NCBI GenBank assembly: GCA_013265495.1
Contig: MU058584.1
Location: forward strand, 124,001 to 188,000
DNA: 64,000 nt
Reading direction: 5' to 3'
Source of the DNA: Vicugna vicugna
Taxonomy: Eukaryota
The notes under the pieces were generated by a model, which ran no database searches, was not told the origin of the DNA, and worked only from the letters and a program-made list of their open reading frames with translations. Positions 28,992-41,700 of this stretch are shown here, one piece after another. The translations under genes and the position numbers were made by a program. Each line of letters opens with the position of its first letter. Position 1 is the first letter of the stretch.

Positions 28992-29649
28992 GAGAATAAC
29001 TTTTCAAGAAAGATTTCTAAATTTACCTTGAAGAAAGGTAGGATTTAATAATTTATAGTTTAAAGTTTTGATAATTTCCTTCTCATCAAATTTCAGATTT
29101 TTCATAATGAGGGAAGAAAACATTTCATGAAAGCAAAACTGCATTCTAAAAAAAATTCTTTATATCATGAATATATGAGGGAAAATGTTTCTTAAATAAT
29201 TCATAGATGCAGGCTTTAGAGATCTGCATTCTGGCTCCAATTCTGCCACTCACTATTTGACTTTGGACAGATACTTGCTTCTCTGATCTTGATCTTCAGT
29301 TTCCTTATCTGTAAAATGAAAAAGTTAGAGTAGATTTGCATTTTCATTTTGGCTCTAGAAATCTGTAGTATTCTTCTAACTATTTGTGTGAGTGTAGGTG
29401 TGTTGGTGTATGTGTGTATATGCGTTCCTGTGTGTGAACACTGTCCTCTTAGAAATCTATAGTATTGTATTAAAACTCTTTCAAGCTACTAGAGTAATTC
29501 AGTCTGTTGGAGGTAGTACATTTTAAGAGTTTTGAAAAACAACCATAACAAAAACAAAATGTCAAGTTACAAGGTAGGCTCATAAATTAATGAGTTTGAT
29601 TTTTGAATAGCTGGTGGTCTTATAATTTATTTAATAATCATTTTTGTAG

Positions 29650-29860
29650 CATTTAAAATATACCAATCTTTAATCCTCATAATATCCCTATGAGGTAGGT
29701 CCAATTACTGTCCTCATTTTACTGATGGGGAGCATGAGGCACAGAGAGGTTAATTTGTCCAATGTGACATAATTTGGAAATGATGGAGTCAGAATTTAAC
29801 CTAGAGAGTCTGATTAGACTCTGGCCAGACTCTTTGTTTCCGGCCAGTGCTCTATATTGC
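29650..29860. mobile_element. MIR SINE
   Basis: ttaatcctcataatatccctatgaggtagg...cattttactgatggggagcatgaggcacagagaggttaa. Confidence 0.7.
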
Positions 29861-31379
29861 CTTTCTAGAACTTTTATATTCAAATGTCTTATCTTTCAGA
29901 GTATTCAACTTGGAGTTTAATTCCATTGATCTGTCTGTTCAAAATATATTTTGAGTTGCTTCAGGGTCGTTTTCCAAAGAGAACAAGACTAAAGACAAAG
30001 CCGTGTGGAAAACCAGGCCCTGTGCTACTTAGAGTAATAGTGTAGGAGGAACAAGAGCTAACAGGGAAACACAGAGGAAATGATGAGAGATACAGGAGAA
30101 TTGGAATGGCATACTATGGATGAAGGGAAAAAAATCAACTTGTTTATTTTATTTTAAAACATGGAGATCAAGGAAGAAGAGTTCAAAAAGAAGGTGGTTA
30201 GCAGTATCGAATGTTACAGAGCTCACTGAGAATGAGAAATGAGAAAAGCACATTTGGCCTATGTAAACAGGGAAATTGTTGATGATGAGATTACAGTTAC
30301 GGTAGAGTAATCAGAACAGAATCCAGGTTAAAAGCAGTTAAGAGAGATTGTGAAGGAAATAAAAAGGTGGATTTGGTAAATTTGGCAGTAAGGGAAGGGG
30401 AGATAGTCTGAATACAGGTAAAGAGAAGAGAATTGAGGAGGGGGTGTGTGTCTGTGTATCTGTGTGTCTGTGTATGTATTTAAGGAAAGGAGAAATAAAA
30501 TAGTAAAGGATAAAGAAAGAGTATTGTGGTTAATTTTTGTACGTATAAATGTGAGAATGGAATGCATATTTTATTTTGACAGATGTTTTGAAGGAAAATA
30601 AACAAGTCAATGTTCCTCATCTGTATTAATGTTTTTCTATTTATAGCAGAGCATAAAGTAAAAGAACAAATTTTGTTTGTTTATTTGCAGTAGTACTACC
30701 AAAAAATATGGAATTAAAACTAGATTTCTAAAACTAAAATTATATTTATAGTATTCCTTGAGATGTCAGAAGTCTTCTAAATCTTAAATTGGAGCTAGTT
30801 TTTAATAATAGTAAAACATTTTTAAAATATAAAAGTTGATAGAACTATTTCTAATTTAATTTATGAACAGATGGTCTTGGAGTTTTTCCTCATATAAAGT
30901 CAGAAAACTAGCAGACTGTTAAATCATTTTATGCCTAAACAGAATTTGGTGTAAGCTTTTGTATGATGTTACAAAACCTAATTATGGAGGAAGCAATTAC
31001 TATAGTTAGGAAAAGTTGATGATTTATGATCTGACTCAGGAGTAAGGTGTTAAATGCTTATGTCCTTTCCTCCCCTCACCTATATGAGGCAATTTGCTTA
31101 TTTTGGACTCTGATTTGTTTAACTTTGACAGTATCAGCAAATCTGAATACTGACACTTAGTTGATTTTTCTTGAAAAATCCTAAGGCTAATAGTTGTGGT
31201 TGTGTAGTATTTATTTCAAGGCATTGATGCTAATCTAAAAAAAGAGCCTATTATGGGTAGGCTTTGAGATGTTTTCCAGTTCATAGTGTAGGAATCACAC
31301 TGGAAGCCAGCAGGGTGGATGATTAGCTGAGACTAGGAGTGTGGCATATATCTAACTAAATAATTATTCAATTGTTTGC

Positions 31380-31537
31380 TTACAGTTTGTTTCCCTTGCC
31401 AGGCCTTAAGCACCCAAGGGCAAGAACCATCTCTATCTTAGCCATCGTGTTATCCCTAGTATCTAGCATAATACCAGGCATATAGCAAGTATTCAGTAAA
31501 TATTGTATGAATGAATGAATGAATGAATGAATGAATA
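31380..31537 (+). mobile_element. L2 3' end with expanded (GAAT)n tail
   Basis: atctagcataataccaggcatatagcaagtattcagtaaatattg followed by about 7 gaat units. Confidence 0.7.
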
Positions 31538-31701
31538 AACTGGATACCAAATCCATCAGTTTGACACCATATTCTGTATTAGTTTATACCATCACCATAA
31601 TGTGATAGTCAAGAATTTCTTGACTACTTTTATCAGAGCCATCTATGTCTCATGGTAAATCTAGAAGTCAGTCTTTGAAAATTAGTGAATTTAAATACAT
31701 T

Positions 31702-31840
31702 TTATACAGCACAGGGAATATAATCAATATTTTATAATAACTTTAAATAGAGTATAATCTACAAAAGTTTTGAATCATTATGTTGCACACTTGAAACTAA
31801 TATAACATTTTAAATCAACTGTACTTTAATTTAAAAAAGT
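31702..31840 (+). mobile_element. Short older L1 3' end
   Basis: tatacagcacagggaatataatcaatatttt...gaaactaatataacattttaaatcaactgtactttaatttaaaaaa. Confidence 0.7.
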
Positions 31841-32720
31841 AAATAAAGGTGTTTTTAAAAGAGTAGGTACCATTTGCATGAGGGATCCAGTGAGATCATC
31901 TCTGTGTTTCAGAGTTGAAATGCTGAGCCTGGTAGTGAGTACTTGGACAAAGAAGACTTTTTTTCAGTTAAGTGTTATTTTAAGCTCTAGAATTAATAAG
32001 CTGCAGACTGAATAAACTCCATTTGTATAGAGACCCATCTACAATGTATGTCTGTGGTATCCAAGAAGGGTGGGATGATGTTAGCATTTTATCTCTTGAG
32101 CAGTGTTTATTTTAAATATGTAAGGTATTCAAGGAAAGCTTGCGAACTTAAATTGTTAAATCTTCCATTACCTATATTTTGAAGAATTTATTTAGTGTAA
32201 TCTATGTCTAACTGTAATACACTTAGAAATAAATCTTCATGATAAAACTAAAATATATCATACAGAATAAACAGGCCTCTGTTATTCAGTTTAAATTTTA
32301 TAGCTATTTTCCTTCTCATTCCATTTGTTATTGAATAGAAATTCAATAACTTTTATTCTGTTAAGAATGAGTTTGCCTTGGAGAGGGGCATTAGATGTCT
32401 ACTTTGAAATTTCTTGAAGAGACTGGTTACATTCTTCCTCTTAAATGTACTTTGAATTAGTAGCTTTTGGATATCTATTCTGGTGGAGGTACAAGCAGTA
32501 TGAAGAGAATGATATATAGTCAAAAAATAATTTTTCCTTGGCTTTGGAATGAAAAAAATCCAACTCAGAGTTTTCCAGGCAGACATTTATCTGCACAGAT
32601 AATATTTATCCACTCATTTTCTATATATTGTGCTCTGATTTTCAGACTTCTCTTTTGCCTGAAAAAGCCTCAGACTCAACTGAGTAATAAGAAAGTGGAG
32701 ATCCTCAGACTGATGTAGAT

Positions 32721-33810
32721 CAGTGGTTCTCAAACTTTTTGGTTTCAGACTCTTATATTTTCCAAAACACAAACATTACTGAGAAGAGTGGCATGATTTT
32801 ATATTTTTATGAACCTCTTTAATATCTGGCTTAATAAAAGCCAGCTGGATTCTCACATGTGCTTCTGCTTTAATCACTTCCTTTCAGTTGAAATACATGA
32901 AGAAAATCTGACCTCACACAGATATGTAGTTGGATCAGGAAGGAATATTTTTAAAGCCTTTTCAGATAATTGTGGATATTCTTTGATGCTACACTAAAAT
33001 TCAACAAGAGATAGTTTCTTAAAGGGTAGTTGCAGTGTAGAAACCAAATCCAGGAACTTTTAGCCCTCTATTACATTGAAATCCATTGGTTTATCTTGCA
33101 CTTTGAATGGATCTCTTATCCATGCATAATTTTGTAGCCTCACACATTGGTCATTTGGAAAAAAACTAGCTCACTGAGTTATGCAGCTCTTCCAAATGTG
33201 GGTACATTTTATTGTACAATATTAAAAGAAAATCACATTCTTTAATACCATCACAAATCTTATCTGAAAAGCCTTTCATAATTAAGAAGCTGTTAAGTTC
33301 ATGGTAGCAGATTCAAGTTTTTCAAAATTCTAGTTTTTGTTTGAAGGCTCAAATTTATCACTGTCAAAAATATTGTCAGTTGTTCTCCTTGAAGTGGCAG
33401 TTTCTTTTAATTCATTTGTCTATCAAATGTCCAAGTCAAAATAACTATAATTTGTCTATCTGACATTCTTTTACATAAAACTCATGTTACATTAAAAAGT
33501 AGCTAGTACAGCTCACAACTCAAATAGTTACGCAAGTGATTTTCCTCTAGACAATCATTATACTTTGGATGCAGCAGAAATACATATTTTATGTGTATTT
33601 CCTATTTTGTCACAGAACGTTAAAAAGCAATAATATTGCTTTATCAAGGGTATCCTTAAGCTGACTTTGTGTGTGTGCACATATGTGTGTGTATCTGAAC
33701 ATGAGGTGATGAATAATATACTGAACTCTAGTGCAGTTTAGTACCACTGCCTTGATTCACGTTAAGGCACCAAAATTGATTCTGCAGCAGCAATATAAAT
33801 ATCAACACAG
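32721..33810. mobile_element. hAT-Charlie DNA transposon remnant (Charlie1-like)
   Basis: Starts with the hAT terminus cagtggttctcaaactttttggt; internal ggcttaataaaagccagctggattctca and cactgagttatgcagctcttccaaatg blocks; right boundary approximate. Confidence 0.65.
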
Positions 33811-34512
33811 TTGTTCCAGGATAAATGATGAAATTCAAAAACATATTCAAACACTGAATATTTTAGTACTGCTTGTGTTTGTTGCCAAGCATTGCCATAA
33901 AAGATCTTTTTTGCTGATTACTTGGTGTTCATACCGAATGAATATAAACAAAATATTGTAGGTTCTTTCATTTGTAAAACAAAAGCACAATTCTATAGTG
34001 GAACTATTAACTCAGTCCTCATATTTGCAGCTAAATCTTTAGTTTGATTAGTTACTATATGATTAGAAAGTAGCAGTGCCATGATTTCTTTTTCTGACTT
34101 TTCATCCAGCAGTCACTGAGCAAGGTCAACTATCCAAGATTTTATTAGCCTCTCAGGTATTGTATTAGTTCTTCAACCAATGCATTATAAATTTACCACA
34201 TAAGATATTTCAGTGTATTTAAACTCTACATGATTGGTCTCAGAATAACATTAGAACTTAACTGACACCCTAATAGTATTTGACATGTTTTGTTGCATAA
34301 GAGACAATAAGGTAAATTATTAATACCCATAATGTAAGACAAAGATAGCTTTCAACATATGGTCATTTCTTATTAATAGTTTGAATCAGTTTCTCGTTTC
34401 TTGTGGGCAGATTCTGCTTTTCCACAAGTCACAGAATTCTGTAATATGTCAGTTTTATCTTTTTCAGCATCTGAGATGTGGACAGTACAGCTGAGGGTTA
34501 AGGAAGCAAGTC

Positions 34513-36897
34513 TTTTGTTTTTCTATTGAAGTATATAGTTGATTGAACATATTATGCAGCTTCCTGGTGTACAGCATAGTGATTCATTATTTTTGTGGAT
34601 TATATTCTATTATAGGTATTACAAGATAATGGCTATAGCTCTCTCTACTACACAGTATATTCTTGTTGCTTATCTATTTTATACATAGTGATGTGTCTAT
34701 GTTAACCTCACACCCCTAATTTCTCCCTCCCCTCTTCCTTTTCCCCTTTGGTAACCACAAGTTTGTTTTCTATATCTGTGAGTCTGTTTCTGTTTTTGTA
34801 TACATTCATTTATATTATTTTTCAGATTCCACACATAAGTGATATCATACAGTATTTAGCTTTCTCTGTCTGATTTATTTCACTAGGCATAATATTCTCT
34901 AGGTCCAACCACGTAGCTGCAGATGGCAGTATTTCATTCTTTTTAATGGCTGAGTAATATTACATTGTGTGCATGTGTGTATATGTGTGTATGTGAGATG
35001 ATACACACACATACACACATATACATATTTCATGTCTTCTTTATCCAGTCATCTGTTGATGGGTACTTGGATTGCTTCCATGTCTTGGCTATTATAAATA
35101 GTGCTGCTTTGAACATTGGGGTGCATGTATCTTTTTGAATTAGTGTTTTTGTTTTTTCCAGATATATACCCAGGAATAGAATTGCTGGAACCAATAGTAG
35201 TTCTATTTCTAGTTTTTTGAGGAACCCTCATATTGTTTTCCATAGCGGTCATAGCAATTTATATTCTCACCAACAATGTACAGGGTTCCCTTTTCTCCAC
35301 ATCTCCTCCAACATTTATTTGTAGACTTTTTGATGGTAGCCTTTCTGACAAGGGTGAAGTGATGTCTTACTGTTTTGATTTGAATTTCTCTGATAATTAG
35401 CAATGTTGAGCATCTTTTCATATGCCTATTAGCCATCTCTATGTCTGTTTTGGAAAAATGTCTATTCAGGTCTTCTGCCCATTTTTTGGTTGGATTGTTT
35501 GTTTCATATTGAATTGTATGAGCTGTTTGTATATTTTGAATATTAACCTCTTGTCAGTCACGTTGTTTGCAAATATTTTCTCCCATTCTGTAGGTTGTCT
35601 TTTTACTTTGTGAATGCTGTGCAAAAGCTTCTAAGTTTATTAATTGGTTTCCATTTGTTTATTTTTGCTTTTATTTCTTTTGCCTTAGGAGAATGATCCC
35701 AGAAAATACTGCTGTGATTTATGTCTGTGTGTGTTCCATCTATATTTTCTTCTTGGAGTTTTATGGTTTCAGATCTTACATTTAGGTCTTTAAACCACTT
35801 AGAATTTATTTTGTAGATGGTGTGAGGGAATGTTTTAATCTCATTCTTGTACATTTGGCTGTCCTCCTTTCCCAGCACCACTTGTTGAAAAGACTGTCTT
35901 TTCTCCATTGCATATTTTTGTCTCCTTTGTCTTGGATTAATTAGCCATAGGTGTGTGGGTTTATTTCTGGGCTCTCTATTCTGTTACATTGATCTGTGAG
36001 TCTGTTTTTGTGCTACCATAGCTTTGTAGAATAGTCTGAAGTTTGGGAGGGTTATACTTCCAGTTTTGTTCTTTTTCCTCAAGATTTCTTTGGCAATTCA
36101 GGTTTTTTTGTGATTCCATATAAATTTTAGGGTTATTTACTCTAGCTCTGTGAAAAATGTCATGGGGATTTTGATAGGGATTGTATTAAATCTGTAGATT
36201 GCTTTGGTTAGTGTGGCCATTTTAACAATGTTAATTCTTCCAGTCCAAGCGCATGGGAGATGTTTCCATTTCTTTGTATCATCTTCCAATTCCTTCATCA
36301 CTATTTTATAGATTTTAGACTATGGATCTTTCCTTGGTTAAGTTGATTCCTAGAAATTTTACTCTATTTGATGCAATTTTAAACAGAATTGTATTTTTTA
36401 TTTTCTCTTTCTGATATTTCATCATTAGTGTATAGAAACACTATAGATTTCTATATATTAATCTTGTATCCTACAACCTTGCTGAACTCATTTATTAGTT
36501 CTAGTAACTTTTTGGGTGGAGACTTCAGTGTTCTCTATGTATTAAGTATCATGTCATCTGCAAATAGTGACAGTTTTACCTCTTGCTTTCCAATTTGGAT
36601 ACCTTTTATTTCTTTTTCCTGTATGATTGCTGTGACTAGGACTCCTAATTCTGTGTTAAATAGAGGTAGTGAGAGTGGGCATCCTTGTCTTGTTCCTGAA
36701 TTTAACAGGAAGGCTTTTAACGTTTCATAATTTAGTATGATGTTGGCTGTGGGTTTGTTGTAAATGCCCTTTATTATGCTGCGATATAATCCCTCTATAC
36801 CTACTTTGTGGAGAGTTCTTGTCATAAATGGATATTGAGTTTTGTCAAATTCTTTTTCCGTGTCTATTGAGTTGATCATGTGATTTTTATCCTTTTG
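34513..36897 (-). mobile_element. 5'-truncated degenerate L1 (about 2.4 kb, ORF2 RT to 3' UTR)
   Basis: Minus-strand ORFs 36535..36879 ([10 protein letters not shown]...LFADDMI), 35603..35908 and 35209..35436 are disrupted L1 ORF2 fragments; 3' UTR terminus near 34520. Confidence 0.92.
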
Positions 36898-37029
36898 TTA
36901 CTTGGTTTGTGCTGGGGTGCACAGTGAAGTGGTCAGGGGAATTCTGGCTGCTGCACTATCACCAGGAGTCTGGACTGCTTCTGGAGTGTAGCTTGAATAA
37001 TCGCCAGCAATGGGACCATCAAGTACACT

Positions 37030-38350
37030 CTCCTGAGAGATGACATTTAACTGACATCATGAAGTGAGGGAGAGGATTCCAGGCAGAGAAAAGAGCATTG
37101 GAGTAATGCAGGAAAGAGCTTTATTTGAGGTATTGTAAGAAAACCAATAAGGCAGAAGGCTTAGTGAATGGGATGGGGATGGTGAGGCTAAGTTATGAAA
37201 ATGAGTTTGGAGAGACGGGAAGGAGCCACATCATGCAAGGACTATGAGCTTTGGTAAGGAATTGGGATGCTATTCTGAGGGCCAATTAAGGGATTTAAGC
37301 AACTGAATGACATGAAAGATTCAGTTTGTAGGATGGTTTGACTTGCTGTCTGGGCAGTGGATTAGGAGACATGGTGGAAGCAGATTACACCGGTTAGAAG
37401 GCCAGGCAGTGGAGTAATGTATGGGTTCTAAATACGTTTTACAGATAGATTCAGTAGGAATTGGAGATGTTCAGATTTGTAGCTTGAGTAACTAGGTAGA
37501 TAGTGCTACCATTTACTGAGATGAGAAAGATTTGGGATATGACAGGATAATGTATTTGGTGTGACTATATTAAGAGTTCTTTTTGGAAATATTTAAGTTT
37601 GAGATGTCTGTGAGAATTCCATCTATGTAGAGTGTAGGGGGCCAAGAGGGCCTAGGACTGAATTAGAGATTCCGTTAGAGAAGGATAAGCCTGCAAAGGA
37701 AGCTGAAACGGAGCAACCAGCAAAATAGGAGGAAAGCCAATAGAGGTGGTTTTAAGAGCTAAAGAGTAGTTGATTTGAATACTGCTGAAAGGTCAGATAA
37801 GGTAAGTATCCACTGGATGCGTCAACATGAAAGTCATTGGTGTCCTTGACAGAGCCCTTTAGTGATGAGATGGAAGTGTAAGTTAGATTAAGGATGGATT
37901 AGGCAGTAAGGAAATGACGACAGCATAACTATTTTAAGAACTTTGCCTATACAAGGGAACAAAGAAGAGGTATTTTTTTATCCCAAGATAACAATTTAAA
38001 AATTTTAAGGAATGAACCAGTGGATAGAAAGAGAGTAGTGTTAAATAGAAGTGATGAAGTCCTTGAGGGAGGGCCAAGGGTGGAATTCATATCACAAGTA
38101 GAAAGACTGCCCTTTGCTAAAAGGTGAGACCTTTCTTCTCCTGTGGTAGAGGCAAGGCCAGTTTATAGGTAGGTGGTTTGGTTCCAGGAAGAACACTTCT
38201 GATGGCTTCTGTTCTCCCACTGAAGAACAATGTGATCAGCTGCAAATCAGGCTACAGGAGGAGGTATAGGGGATTTGAGGAGAGAGGAGCAGGTGTGAAA
38301 TAGTTGTCTTAGCTAATGGATAGTGTGCCTACCAGAGAAACCGGAGGATT
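37030..38350 (-). mobile_element. Degenerate L2 remnant(s)
   Basis: Purine-rich antisense L2 motifs (ccatttactgagatgagaaaga, aagtttgagatgtctgtgaga, gtcattggtgtccttgaca); boundaries approximate. Confidence 0.6.
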
Positions 38351-39444
38351 GTCAGGCCATGGAGGGGTGCCAGTTTGCAGTAGGAGACAAGTAGAATCTC
38401 TGCAAGAATGGGGCGGGTGTGGGGTTACAGTTGATTAATAAGACACAGCCCTTGCACTCAAGGAGTTTATAATCTAAAGAATGAGAGACAAATACTTAAA
38501 TTATAACATAGTCCTGTGCAGGGAAATCCTCTTGGATCTTAACAGCTGCATTATGACTGCTCTGAGATACCTAAAACTATTATATCATAGTTCATGGTGA
38601 CAAAAATATTCTGGAAGGTGTGATAGTCACAACTGTATTATTACATCCTTATGCAATAGTTTGTTTTCTTTCTGCTAACATCATCAGTTAGCACCTCATT
38701 AACACTCTGTGATGCTGTGAGGAAAAGGGCCATCCTTCTTTTCTTTTCCCCTCTTCTTTCCCCTCACACCTTTCTTTAGTTCCAGCTGTTGGGAGCTAGC
38801 AAATTACAAGAATTTGTAGATACAACCTAATAATACTATTTTGTTTTTATTTGGCATGTTCTTTTTTCATCATTTTCAAAATAAATATACTAATTTTATG
38901 CTGTTGTAATCAGGCATTTTTTTTAATCAAAGAAAGAAAAAGTTTATTTATGACTTAGTTACACAGGTATAGAAATTTATGTTGAAATTGAAAGTTTTCA
39001 TAATATGAATTGGTAATAATGATTTTTACACTTTTCCCTAATATGAGTCAATATACAGAATATTTTAGTTATGATGGACAGTGATATGAAAATTGGCTGC
39101 GAAAATAATCAGAAATAGTTGAACACTTTGTTGCTTTGACTGAATTTAGAGTTGCTTTTTAACTTATGTAATCAGGAATATTTGAACAATTAACGTTTAA
39201 CTTGAATTTCTGCCTTATGGCTTTCTGAGGAGTTAGCACTGTTAGCAATTAAGGACCTATACCATTTGGAAGACTCTAGTTGTCTTAATATAAGAATTAA
39301 ACCTTGTGGCTAGTTTGAACTTAATTCTCTGCTATATGAAACAAATATTTATTCTTTAACATAATTTGTAATTAAAATTGATAGTGAAAATTTGTATAAA
39401 CATGTAACATCATTTTTTAAGGTAAAGATTAGTATTCACTGCAC

Positions 39445-41700
39445 CCCAGCTTTATTGAGATATAATTGATACATAATACTGTGTAAGTTTAAGGTATATA
39501 ACATAATTATTGAATACACATATATAATATAAAACGATTACCACAGTAAGGTTAGTTGACACATCCATCACCTCACATAATTTTCTTTTTTGTAGTGAGA
39601 ATATTTAAGATCTATTCTCTCAGCAACTTTCAAGTATATAATATTGTTAACTATAGTTACCATGCTGTATATTAGATATCAAGAACTTATTCATCTTATA
39701 ACTGGAAATTTGTACCTTTAACTAACATCTCTCCATTTCCCCCACCCACCAGCCCCTGGCAACCACCATTCTACTCTTTTTCTATGAGTAACATTCTATT
39801 TTGTTTCAACTTTATTTAGATTCCACATTTAAGTGTGATTATACAGTATTGTCTTTCTCTGACATTTTTTACTTAGCATAATACCCCCAGGGTCCATCCA
39901 GGTTGTCACAAATGACAGGATTTCCTTTTTTTTTAATAGCTAAATAATATTCCTGTGTGTATGTGTGTGTGTGTGTGTGTTACATTTTCTTTATCCATTC
40001 ATCCATCAGTAAACACTTAGGTTGTTTCCATGTCATGGCTATTGTGCATAATGCTGCAGTGAACACTGGGGTGCAGGTATCTCTTCAAGTTAGTGATTTC
40101 ATTTCTTTCAGATATATGCCCAGAAGTGGGGTTACTCAATCACATGGTAGTTCTATTTTTAATTTTTGGGGGTACCTCCTTACTGTTTTCCATGGTGGAT
40201 TAGTTTTTTTTTAAGCTTTAATGAGGTATAATTGACATACAAGAAATTGCACATATTTAACTACACATTTTATAAGTTTTGACAAATGTATGCATCTGTG
40301 AAATCATCACCATAGTCAATCAGCATGCCCATCATTCCTGAAAGTTTTAAATTTCTGCTTGCCTCTTTGTAGTTTCTCCCTAGTTACTTTCTCCCCTGTC
40401 ACAGGCAACCACTGATCTTCTTTCTAATACTAGTTTTTTTCATTTGCATTAAAAAAATTTTTATATGAAGGAATCATACATTATATATATTTTTCTGCCA
40501 GCATAATTAGAGAATCATCTACATTGTTGTTTTATCAGTAGTTCATTCCTCTATTTCTTAGTAGTCCATTGTTGGGATATAACAATTTGTCTATCCATTC
40601 ACCTTCACTTTTGGCTAATACAAATAATTGTTAATTATAGTTACCATGCTGTGTATTAGATCCCTAGAACTTACTCACCTTATAATGGAAACTTGTACCC
40701 TTTGACCAATATGAGTTTACAGTCAAGGCTACTATGAATATTTGTGTACAAGTCTTTGTAGGGACATGTGCTCTCATTTCTTTAGTGGAAATATGTAAGA
40801 GTAGAATGCCTGTGTTATATGGTAGGTGTATGTTATCCTTTTTAAGAAATTGCCAAATGGCTGTACCATTCTACATTTTCACTATCAGTGTATGAGAGTT
40901 CCAGTTCCTCCACATTCTTACCGACATGTGATATGGCCAATTTTTTTTTTAATTTTAGCCATTCTAATAGGTGTATAGTGGTACCTCAAGTTTTAATTTG
41001 CATTTCCCTAATGACTAATAATTTTAACCATCTTTTCATGGATGCTTATTTGCCATCCATGTATCTTCTTTGGTGAAGTGTCTGTTCAAATCTTTTGCCC
41101 ATTTTTAATTGGGTTGTTAGTTTTCTTATAATTGATTTGAGAGTTCTTAAATATTCTAGGTACAAGTCCTTTATCAGATACATGTTTTGGATATATTTTC
41201 TCCCAGTCTGTTGCTTGTCTTTTCAATTTCTCATCAGTGTTTTTAAAAGAACAGGAATCCTAATTTTGATGAAGTCCAATGTATCCTCTTTTTTCTTTTA
41301 TAGATTGTTTTTATTGTCCTAAGAAATCTTTGCTTAACCTAAGGCACAAAGATTTTCTCATGTTTTCTTCTAAAAGTTTTAGTTTTAGGCTTTAGATGTA
41401 GGTCTATGATCCATTTTAAGTTAATTTTTGTATATGGTGCAGGGGTGGGTAAAAGTTCATTTTTTGCATATGAATATCCAGTATTGTATGATATTAAATG
41501 CTGTGTTTTCCTCAAATAGCTTTTTTTCTTTCAGTTTTATTGTGATATAATTGACTTACAGCACGGTATAAGGTGCACAGCATGATGAGTTGACTTACAT
41601 ACATCATGAAGTGATTATCATAGTAAGTTTATTGAAAATCCATCAACTCATATAGATGCAAAATTAAAGAAATAGAAAAAAAAATCTTTTTCCTTGTGTC
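39445..41700 (-). mobile_element. Cluster of nested old L1 3' fragments (L1MA/L1MB-like)
   Basis: Three separate 3' termini (~39450 gctttattgagatataattga, ~40215 gctttaatgaggtataattga, ~41533 gttttattgtgatataattga) and ORF2 C-terminal sequence around 40900-41480. Confidence 0.8.

Noticed and set aside
28306..36879. Reverse-transcriptase-like ORFs as a novel or active RT system
   Set aside because: Frameshifted, 5'-truncated L1 ORF2 fragments.
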